Both the position numbers and the translations under genes were made by a program. A DNA stretch of 63,376 nt, counting the filler, from Pirum gemmata (lineage: Eukaryota): assembly GCA_002812295.1 (NCBI GenBank). It is 13 parts of 13 records of this genome, joined end to end, with 100 filler letters (N's around TTAATTAATTAA, not from the genome) between each part and the next. Parts side by side here need not be neighbours in the genome. Positions count along the whole stretch, not along the records: positions 1 to 4,145 come from PDIN01001467.1; positions 4,246 to 8,380 come from PDIN01001468.1; positions 8,481 to 14,489 come from PDIN01001469.1; 10 more parts are not named here. The stretch is one strand, 5' to 3'. Shown here in pieces: positions 1 to 10,776 of this stretch (position 1 is the first letter of the stretch; every line of letters begins with the position of its first letter). The notes beneath the pieces are model-generated. The model saw only the letters and a list, made by a program, of their open reading frames with translations. It ran no database searches and had not been told where the DNA came from.

Positions 1-251
1 TTTTGGTAGACGTTTGAAATCATTTTTATACTTATTTTTATAATTTTTCTTATTAATTTTATTATTGGCTGTTAATAAATCTTTATAGAATTCATTTGCT
101 TTTTCCATCATATCTGCTGTTGAAGTTGCCTCGTGGATTAAAAAATCTGACACAGCCTGTAAGAATATGCCTGTAGTAGAAATAAATAATTATGATAAAG
201 CTTTACTTTTTGCTGTTTGCGAAAATAGTCATAATAATATGATTCTGTGGA

Positions 252-3200
252 ATGGTTTTCGAAAATGTTACTATTTCTAAACAGTCTTTGTATCATATTA
301 ATAAGAATGAAACTTTGTATTATTATAATGTAGATAATATTAATGATAGTGAATGTATATTATTAAACAGTGTATTAATTAGTCTTGAAAGTGCGACAAA
401 GTTTAAAGTGACTACTACAAAACATTTACATAATAGTATGAAGTGTGTAGCTGTATTTATACCTAATAAAAATTATATTGATGTTATTAAGACACAAATG
501 ATAGATATAGAATATTTTAATCATAAAGTTAGTTTTACTTTACTATTTGAGAATAATACTAAAAAACCTAGTTTTATAAAAAAACAGATTTTAATTGGAA
601 AATTAGATAAAGTAAATACTGTAGTTAACACTTTACAAAATTTAGTTGATAGTAATAAATTTCAAACTGATAATATAACATCGACTAATAATATAAGGAT
701 GAATATAATATGTTTATCAATAATAGTTATAATAGTTATAATATAATAATAACAATAATGACGATTTTGAATATTTCGAAAACAGTAAGTTACCATTCAA
801 GTTTAAATTTGGAGAGAATTTGTCTATAAATGAAAAAAGACAATTAACTAAAGTATTAAATGAACATAGTGACGTATTTTGTCAACATGCTGATGAATCT
901 GGTTGTATTAAAGGTTATAAGGAAAAAATAATATTAGAAGATTATTCTCCTATAAAACAATATAAATTAAGTCACCAACAAGAAGTGGAATTCGAAAATA
1001 TAGTTGGTACAATGCTAAAGAAAGAATAAGTTAAATATTTGTGGAATACCCCGGTTTTGATTCTACCTAAACGAACCCCTGGAGCATTTAGATTATTAAA
1101 TAAGCGAGCTATTAAAAAATACTGGTTGATGACTAATATTAATACTAGTTTAGAAAAAATGGCTGATTGGAATTATTTCTTAAGTTTAGATTTAAAAGAT
1201 GGTTATTGCCAAGTGGAATTAGATGAAGATTATAAATATTTGACTATTTTTTCTACTCCAACTCGTAGAGTATGTTATAATCGCTTACCTCAAGGTTAAG
1301 TTAATTCTAGTCATACTTTTTGTAAAGTTCTGCAAACTGAATTTGCAGATCAACCTAATATAATAGTCTATTTGGATGATCTTTGTGCTGGTGCTAAAAC
1401 TTTTGAAGGATTAATGGTTACTCTTACTATAACTATAATATTGAAAAGATTAAGAAAAATTGGTGCGAAATTAAATGGTGCTAAATGTCATATTGGTGTT
1501 ACCGAAATAAATATACTTGGTACTATTATTGATAAAAATGGTGCTCGTGTGGACCCAAAACGTTATGAACGAGTACATAATTATCCGTTACCTAAAACTT
1601 TTACGAAATTAAGGAGTTTTTTAGGTCTAGTTTCCTATTGTAGACGTTGGTTACCAGATTTGGCTAAATTTAGTTATAGACTTACTAAATTAACTGGTGG
1701 GGAAAAACAAAAAATGATTGAATGGAATGAAGAGCGTTTAGCTGCTTTTGATAATATTAAAAAAGTTTGATTTCTTATGCTTTAGCTCATCCTAAGTATG
1801 AAGATCCTAAACAATATTTTACTATATATAGTGATTCAAGTTTACATGGTTTGGGTTCTAAATTAACCCAATGACAATTAGAAGAACGAGTAATTATGTA
1901 TAGTTCTAGGGCTTTGAAAGAACATGAAAGGAAATGGTCTATAAGCGAACTGGAGGCTTTAGGAGTTGTTTGGTCTATTACAAATGAATATCATAGATGT
2001 GTTCATGTTTAATCTTATTTTAAAATAATTACTGATCATAAAGGAAATTTGGCTATGAAAGAAAAAACGAATAATGGTAGATTAGCTCGAAATAGTTTAA
2101 AATTACAAGATTATGCTATGGATTTGAGTTATGCTCCTGGCACTAGTAAGCAAAGTTTTGATGCTGATGTATTGAGTCGGCTTTATTCTCCGGATATAAA
2201 TGTTAGTAATATATCTAATTTAATGTGCTCAAACACGTTTATTCAGGTGTTAACCAATGTATTAATGATAAGTTGGATCCTCTCAAATCACAAATTCATA
2301 ATATTACCTATAGTGGTTATCAACCCTCTGCTATATCTTATTTACAACAACAAGACCCATTTTTGTCGAAATTGTTGATTTATTTTGATTTATTCTATAA
2401 ATTTAAAACGGAAAAAAATCAATCCAATATTGAATGTCGTGAAGCTACGCAAAGTAATTTATTAAAACAAATTAGAGAAAAAAAGATTAATCGGAAAAAA
2501 AGTGAATTGAAATTTTTTTGTAAAACTGCCCTCAAATGTATTTTTAATGACGATAATATAATAATGGTTGCCAATGGATATACTGAAAAACTGTTTGTAC
2601 CTCAAGCTTTGCAATCTGAATGTTTAGTTGCTACTCATGATAGTCCTTTGACTGGTCATTTTGGAATTAAATCAACTTATTTTAAGCTACAACAGCGTTA
2701 TGTCAAATCTTGTATTAAATGTCAATCACGCAATTCAACTTTTGAATCGGCAAAACGATTACCTAAATTACATTTTAATTATTCTCCTAAATTATTTGAT
2801 ACTTGCATTATTGATGTTTATGGTAAATTGAAGAGTACCAAAAACAAAAATAAGTGTAATATTACTTTTATGTGTCCTTATACTCGGTATATTAAAACTA
2901 GCAGTTACCAATGCTTCAGCTAAAACGGTAGCTCAACATCTTATTTCGAAAGTTTTGTTAAAATATAGTCCTATTAAAATTTTAGCTACTGATAATGCTG
3001 CTAATTTTCTTTCTGATATTATAAAAGAATTATGTTTAATATTCAAAATTGAAAAATTAGATTGTGCTGGTTACCATCTTGCTCAAATCGGTCGTTTAGA
3101 ACGTATTCATCGTTCTTATGGTAATTATTTTAGCAAATTTATTAATGAAAATCACAATGATTGGGATAAATTTCTCGAATATTTGACTTATGCATATAAT

Positions 3201-3880
3201 ACTAATGCTAATGGTGTTACTGGCTTTTCTCCGTATGAAATTGTGTTTAATCGACCTCCTGCTTTATTTATGGATTCTACTTTTTTTAAATCTACTCATT
3301 ATGATAAAAATGTTCAAAGGTGGATTAATAAGATTAATGATAGGAAAAAACATTTACAAAATATTATACAACGTCGTAATGACTATATTGAAAATAATAT
3401 TACTGAAGAAATGCTTTTTCACAAACTTCGTGAATTTAAGATTAATGATCAAGTTTATATTAAGAATGAAACGTATGATCAAGGTGATAATACTTCTAAA
3501 AAGTTTCAAAGACGGTTTGATGGTTCTATGATTATTACTAAACGCTTAGGTGAATTTACTTATAAAATGAAAAATCCCCGGATAGATAAATTGCCAATTA
3601 GAAATATAGATAAAATTAAAGAATACCATGGACGTGTTTATAATAAGAATTCTTTTAATTATATGGATAATGCACCTTTTCAAGGTGAAACTCATGTTTT
3701 GATGATATTGATAATAATACAGAAATCGAAATTACTGAAATTGTAGATGACAAGCAAGTTCATGTTGGAAAAAATGTTCCTGAAACTCATTATAAAGTTA
3801 AAACGATTAATAATGGCTTAATTTGGTTAAATAGTACTGATATTTCTGCTTCTCAACTAATTGAAGAATATCACAGGTAA
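252..3880 (+). mobile_element. pol: Degenerate Ty3/Gypsy LTR retrotransposon pol (RT-RNaseH-integrase-chromodomain; chromovirus-like)
   Basis: 820-1770 is one frame with stops at 1027 and 1297: WNTPV, LDLKDGY, LPQG, YLDD (1369-1380), LRSFLGL. After a frameshift RNaseH (YSDSS, ELEALGVVW, ITDH). Integrase HHCC (THDSPLTGHFG..CIKC) and core (IDVYG, TDNAANF, ERIHR, TGFSPYE). Chromodomain at 3701-3880. 252-746 resembles the protease-RT linker. No LTR pair or gag visible. Confidence 0.95.
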
Positions 3881-4145
3881 AAGACAAGCTTCTTCTTCTA
3901 ATATTACTTATAGATCCAAACGTTCTCGTTAATTTTTCAATTTTTCGTTTATTTCGTTTTTTACTGGTCAAAACTGCCATAACGCTTTTATATTTATTCC
4001 TATTGGTTCAAATTTCTTTTGAATTATATTTTACGTTTATATTTTTTCCTTTTGGTTCAAATTTCCTTTGGGTTGTTATAAAAAATTTCCTTTGGGTTGT
4101 TATAAACAATTTTCCTTTGGGTTATAATAATAATAATAATAATAA

Positions 4146-4245
4146 NNNNNNNNNNNNNNNNNNNNNNNNNNNNNNNNNNNNNNNNNNNNTTAATTAATTA
4201 ANNNNNNNNNNNNNNNNNNNNNNNNNNNNNNNNNNNNNNNNNNNN
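4146..4245. other. Artificial scaffold linker N-TTAATTAATTAA-N (first of 12)
   Basis: Identical 100-nt linker with a six-frame stop also at 8381, 14490, 18752, 24124, 28366, 32601, 36832, 41071, 45323, 52784, 58472. Confidence 0.98.
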
Positions 4246-6344
4246 TATGATACTGAAACTGGAACTTACGAAAATTCTCCTACCAATTCTAATCCTTTTT
4301 GCTCTGGGGCAAGCTATCTAGGTATTATATTGTTACTGTTATTGTTATTGTCATTTTTATTGTTATTGTTATTGTTATTGTTATTGTTATTGTTATTGTT
4401 ATTGTTATTGTTATTATTACTGTCATTTATACTAAAGTTCTTAATAATTATATATTATATTATATATAGATGATGGCAGAATTGTAGTAATGGGTGGTGA
4501 AGATGACGCCACGTATGATAGATGGAACCCAAGCTTAGGTGAAGGCCGTAATAAAATTCGTTATTTTCATCCCGATACACAAAAATGGGAAGTTTTAAAC
4601 GAAACTCTCCCATCAAGGCACTGGTATGTATTTATTCCCTATTCATATTCGAATTCATATTATCGTTATCATGGTGTTAGTGTTAGTGTTAGTGTTTGGA
4701 TTTGGGTTTGGGTTTGGGTTTGGATTTGGGTTGGTTTTAGCGTTTGGGTTTGGGTTTGAGTTTGGATTAGCGTAAGCGTTTAGGTTTGGGTTTGTATTTT
4801 GGGAACGTGTTATATGTTCAACGATGACTTACTGTGTGTCATTCATTTGATACAAATTATGAATTATTTGGTAGCTGTTATTTTTTATTGTATATTAATT
4901 AAGCTTATATTTTTAATATATATAATATTGATATCACTCAATATATATATTATATAGTTAAATATGTTACCTGTATATAATATAGCTTTAATCATTACTA
5001 TTATATACTTAATTATTAATTAATCAATTATAATATATATAAATTATATATAAAAGGTACCCCACACAACTTTCACTGGAAGGTGGTAGAGTATTGAATG
5101 TAGGAGGTTATGAAAGTATGGTAGGCCCTACAAACAAAATGATTGAAATATTTGATAGTAAAACTAATAAAGTCATTAATTATGAAAACTCTACTGCATT
5201 CACAAGAAGAGTAGGATTTAAAAATCTATACCCCGTTGTACAACCTGTGCCACCACCAACTGATGATCACGATAATGTTTATACCGTTATGTTCTCATGT
5301 AACCAGGCTGATTTGGTTAAGATTAGTAAAAACAATACCATCACCACTATAGCCATGCTCCCAGACTTGGATAAAACTATTTGCACTGCGTTTTCTGCCA
5401 CGGGTACGGCAAAGTTGCTTGCTTTGTCTTATGAAAATGACTATGAGGCTGAAATGATTAGNCGCATCTCTGAACAATTAGAAGATAAATGTTATTGCGA
5501 TGTTCCAGCACTATCAACATCATTTCGTATTAATGTTAATCCAGAAAATATTATTGCTAACAAGTCAAAATGGGAGATTGAGGTAATGCCTTTTCCTAGG
5601 GTGGGTGGTACAGCAGTTTTATTACCTAATGGGCAATTTGTTTTGCTAAATGGGGGGCTAAGAGGTACAGGTAATGATAATATTGGCGAAGCTATTCGAA
5701 CCGCCGTACTATATGATCCTTATGCCAAAGCTGGAGAGCGTTATAGTAACTTGGCTACAAGTGAAATAGGTAGATATTATCATTCTAATGCAGTGCTATT
5801 ACCTGATGGCAACATTTTAGTTGCAGGTCAAGATCAAGGAAGTTGTTTTGGAAATGCTAATGGGGGTCCTATATGTGGGACTAATTACGAAGTTGAATTT
5901 CGTGCCGAAAAATTTTATCCGCCATATTATTACGTCGAGAACCGAGTTGGGATAATAGGTGTTGATAATTATAAATCTAAAGGAAAAGGAACCCAAAGTA
6001 AACAGGAACAAATTCAATTTTCAAATAATACATATACTGCATATAGTGAAGTAAAGTTTGGTGAGTGGATCACAATTTATTATGATGCTGACGTGAACGT
6101 GGACGAGAAGATCACTGGTGCTAGTTTAGTTAGTCCTTCTGCTGTTACCCATTCTACTGATATGAGTGGGAAAGTAGTGTTTTTGAGAATTAGAAATACA
6201 AACAAATTTGCACAAACGGTACAAATTCAAATCCCTAAATTTACAAGTCACGTGGTGAATAGTGGATATCATATGATATTTTTGTTGACTGAAAACAACA
6301 AAGTTCCGAGTAAAAACTCGGTATGGATTCATTTAACTAAGTAA
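4246..6344 (+). CDS. Copper radical oxidase (AA5, glyoxal/galactose oxidase family), 5'-partial; exons 4246-4321, 4470-4623, 5057-6344
   Basis: GT-AG splicing keeps the frame and joins NPFCSG, DGRIVVMGG and RHW|YPT. Also LLPNGQFVLLNG, RYYHS, LLPDGNILVAG, AVTHS and a C-terminal Ig-like GYHMIFL segment. Confidence 0.92.
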
Positions 6345-7392
6345 TTTTGTAATATATTATATATAATTAAAATTAAAATTTTAAAATTTGGTCCTTCTAC
6401 TGTTACACTTTTTAAAACTAATATGAGCGACTATGAGCGGGAAAGTAGTAGCGTTTAAAATTTGGTTGCGATCAAAACTCTTTAAAACTAGCACTAATTT
6501 ATAAGTAACATAACGTCCATTTCATTATTATCATTATTAATATTGTCCCTTCAATTTAATATTTATTCGACACTATGAACTTAATAATTGACCTTTTTTA
6601 TATCAATATTGAACCATAATAAATACATAAAGCATAATTAGAAATTTAATGTATCCATTAAGAATAACGACAATAACTAACAATAGCAATAATATATACC
6701 TGTAAATTTATAAAAAACAACAACAACGTCATAATTATTACAATGTTGGTTGAAAAATGCAGAAAAATATCGAGAAAAATACTAGATACCAAATGAGTCC
6801 AACTGGCTAACTAGAGTTCTGGCTACTTTAGAAAGATTTTTTTAATAACAGGTCTAGCAGCCTACACTACCCAGTTAAAACTATCCATACTCCCCTACAT
6901 GTGACACACAGCCCCTATGTTTGTCACCCGTGTGATACTTTAACCAGTAGTCTATAGGGACTGGTAATAAATAATAAATAATATTAATATAATATATAAT
7001 ATATATATTATTATGATATATATATTATTATCCAGAAACTGTGAAACTTTTAACTACCGTGGTATACGTAGTATCATAAAGGTTACTTGATTTATATCGG
7101 GTTATGATACATAAACTACATAACTAATTAGCATAGTTGTTCCCAGATTTGCTATAGCTACTTTTACGTTTTAGTACTAACTATTATCGTAATACAAAAA
7201 AAGATAACTACCATTTAATAGTCTATAATATTATATTATATATGATGTCATATTACTTTAAATTTTGGAAGTAATATTATGCATAATTATATCAGTATTT
7301 TCTTAATTATTTCATTTATATTTATAATATATATAATATATATTAATATAATATTATATATCACCTTTCCATTAAAAAATTTATAACTAAAG

Positions 7393-8235
7393 TCATAGAC
7401 ATTGGGGTACTGCTTGGCTTTCAAATGGCACATGTTCAGCCATTGAACAAGTACCATCCTTGCTAACATTGTTATTGTAATTAAGGTGTTTAGCAATAAT
7501 ACCAGAATACGTTCGACAAGAATATTTATCGTAACAAGTACCTTTTAAGGAATCTAAGTTTATGCAACCCCCATTACTACCGCAATAGATTTGTAAAAAG
7601 TCAGTAGATCGTTGTAAAGCTTGAAGTACAGTATCAACCCTAATGTGTAATCTAACTAATTTAATTGTATCTATATTCGCCCAACCACGGGGATTACTTC
7701 TCGCTTCCTTTTTATACTGTGTGCACAATTTCTGAGTCTCTCCACGTCCTTCATTGCATATATTGATCCTTTCTGCTCTAGTTATAAACTCGCCGCTATC
7801 ATTGGAATGACTGGAATAATTAAACGGACTCATATCAGTGCCCCTACTCCTAATGGTGGTTGCGTAGTCAACAACCCCCAAACCATCAAGATCATCCAAA
7901 TCTACCGGACCTGCTTTTCCGGTCACAGCAATCGAAGTCATTGCCCGCGAGGCCTCTAAAGCACCCCGGGCCATTTGCCGGGCACAAGACTCGGTGTAAA
8001 CATGACTCCCAAACGATCGTACCCCAAGAAAGTAATTTTTGGCATCGGTGTCGTAAACGGCATGACCGCCGTATATATAACGGCCGTACCCAGGGAAATC
8101 AACCAATGAACTAATAATCATGCCCGCGGTTAAACTCTCTGCAGTAACTACGTTTAGGTCATACTTTTTTAAGGTAGCTAAATAGTTTTCCGCGGCGTTA
8201 TCCAAAAGTTTAACTATGTTTTCTTCAGTGGGTTC
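7393..8235 (-). CDS. pncC: CinA C-terminal/PncC (NMN deamidase)-like protein with Cys-rich C-terminal extension; last exon, 5'-partial
   Basis: VVTAESLTAG, VYDTDAK, ARQMARGA and SIAVTGKAGP motifs. The frame is open upstream to a CAG acceptor at 8238-8236. Confidence 0.85.
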   Translation of the reverse strand, partial: EPTEENIVKLLDNAAENYLATLKKYDLNVVTAESLTAGMIISSLVDFPGYGRYIYGGHAVYDTDAKNYFLGVRSFGSHVYTESCARQMARGALEASRAMTSIAVTGKAGPVDLDDLDGLGVVDYATTIRSRGTDMSPFNYSSHSNDSGEFITRAERINICNEGRGETQKLCTQYKKEARSNPRGWANIDTIKLVRLHIRVDTVLQALQRSTDFLQIYCGSNGGCINLDSLKGTCYDKYSCRTYSGIIAKHLNYNNNVSKDGTCSMAEHVPFESQAVPQCL

Positions 8236-8334
8236 CTGTGTGTGTGTTTTATTTTATTATTTTAATAAATTTAAATTCTTTATAAATTATTTTAATTAAT
8301 TAAGTCACGAATTATTACGGTGGGTGCTTGAATT

Positions 8335-8378
<44 letters not shown>

Positions 8379-9339
8379 ATNNNNNNNNNNNNNNNNNNNN
8401 NNNNNNNNNNNNNNNNNNNNNNNNTTAATTAATTAANNNNNNNNNNNNNNNNNNNNNNNNNNNNNNNNNNNNNNNNNNNNGCGGGGTGTCCCTCCGGTAG
8501 CGACTGGATCTAGCACCCTTTCTTTTTGTTTCGACATTTGAGTCTATGATTTGACAGTGCTGGCAGCGGATCGAACCGCTAACTATATAATAATTATTGT
8601 AATTTTATATAAGAAATTTTTATAAGACTTAGTGTCTTTAGAAAAACCTAACATTTATTAATATATAAGATATTTAATATATTACCGGGGGGAGATATTT
8701 AATAATATATACACTATATAACCCACTATATATACCGGTATTATAATTATATAATTATAATATTATAAATAATACTTATACTATACTTATACTATATTAT
8801 TGTAAACACGACTTTGTTCCAGCTGGTTTGTTCAGATTCAAAAAATAATCTTATGTAGACTAGATCATTGTAGATGTAATACATTTTCTAGCACCCTTTC
8901 TTAATTAAATAACAAATTATTAATTGTAAATAATTAATTTTTAAAAAATATTTAATTAATAGACTATTTATATTATTATATTATAATATAGACCTAAATA
9001 ATAAAATGTGCTTCAGCTAGCTATGATACTATCATAGAAGGTGTTTATTATCAATAGTAGTTTCTTTTTTTGAAGTCCTTGGTTTTTCCCAAAGTTTTTT
9101 TATTTATGTGATTTTTTCCACAGTTTTTCCCTAGCAAGAGTCTAGCAAGTTTTTCCCTACTATCAGCAGTTTTTTCCAGTTTTTTTTTTTTTTAAAAAAA
9201 AAAAAAAATCCGAAACCTATTTCAAAAACAACAGCAACAACATTATTTATTTATTATATCATAATAATAATAACAATTAATTTAAAATTAAAAATTAATA
9301 ATATAATAACGAAAATCTTACAATTTAATTACAACAAAC

Positions 9340-9996
9340 ATGCATTTTTTTATTACTTCTTTGTTATCATTATCATTTGTCGGATATTCTGCACATGCTT
9401 CAATCTCTTGTGACAATGTTGACCAAGTTCTTGTTCACTCGTTACAAACCCAATTCCCTTCTATTTTCAAACCAGTTTGCGGGAATACGAACAGTAACAG
9501 ACGCGAAGTAGAACAAGCCTCTCGTTATATTTTAACTACCGATAAAGTGGCATTGGAACAAGACGGAAAACTAATCACCCAACTAACCATTGCTCTTGAA
9601 CAGGCTAATTTTCAAGTAATTTCAGAAACGTTTTCACCTTATATGGCTGTCTCTTGCGAAGAAAAAATCGATCGTAAAACTTGCAAGGAAAATTTAGAAT
9701 TTATAGTCGATTCCTTAAATTTTGTGCGGTATGTTGAAAAAAGTATAAAACTACAACCATCTGCACCTATTGTTGGTGAAAGTGATGCTGTTAACGTTGA
9801 TGCTGATGAATTGGTTTGGGGGTTGGATATTTTAGATGGAGTGTTGGATAACAAACTTGAAAGAAAATATACAGGTGATGGTGTTGATGCTTATGTAGTG
9901 GATAGTGGTATTACTTATTCTCATCCTCAATTCGGAAATAGAGCCAAACTGTTTTACAACGCTCGCAGTAAAACACAAGACGATTTTGATTGCACG
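9340..9996 (+). CDS. Secreted subtilisin (S8, proteinase K-like) first exon: signal, propeptide, catalytic Asp
   Basis: Hydrophobic N-terminus, WGLDILD, GDGVDAYVVDSGI, HPQFGNRA, DC then a GT donor at 9997. The His (GHGTH) and Ser (SGTSMA) exons are not in the sequence. Confidence 0.85.
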
Positions 9997-10776
9997 GTTA
10001 GAAATTTTTTAATTTTTGTTATCATTTTCTTGTCATGTTGTTTTATTTATTGTTATTTAATTATGCATGTTTCTGTTTTTGATTGTTAAATATTTTCTAG
10101 ATAATTTATATTTCTGGTTGGTGTTGTAAATATTAATATGCATAGTTTTTGTACTGGTATTATTATTATTATTCTAATTACTATTTATTATTATAAATAT
10201 CATTGTTATTATTATCATTATGATTGTGAGATTATTAATATTATTATTATTATTATTATTATTATTTATAATTATTATTATTAAAATAATATGAAAACCT
10301 TTAACAGCTGTATGTTTTTCTTTTAATAAATCGTAAACCGNTTATTATTATTATTATAATATAATATTATACCATTATATTTTTATTATTATTATTATTA
10401 TTAAAATATAATATTATACCATTATTATATTATTATTATTATTATTATGTTAAGATATAATATTTTACTCTATTATATTATTATTATTATTATCATAATA
10501 TTACTATTCATTTTATTACTTTTTATTATTATTAGTTAGTTAGGGAATCTTCATTATTATTTTTATTCATATTCATTTATTATTATTATTATTATTGTTA
10601 TTATTATTCATTTTTATAATTTTTTTTTTTTTCATTTTTTCTTTTCTTTTCAAGATTTATTAATTACAAATTAATAATTCGAAGGAGGTTACAAGAAACC
10701 CCCCCCTCAATAATATATTGTATTACTTGTTGTTAAAAGTTGATTGTCATTTTTTATTTTGATATTTTTCCAATAG

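Noticed and set aside
820..2050. Alternative genetic code explaining in-frame stops
   Set aside because: Intact genes end in TAA or TGA and use CAA/TGG normally; the pol also has frameshifts, so this is decay.
4020..4123. LTR of the Gypsy element
   Set aside because: Only a short ~23-bp tandem repeat; no polypurine tract, TG..CA ends or second copy is visible.
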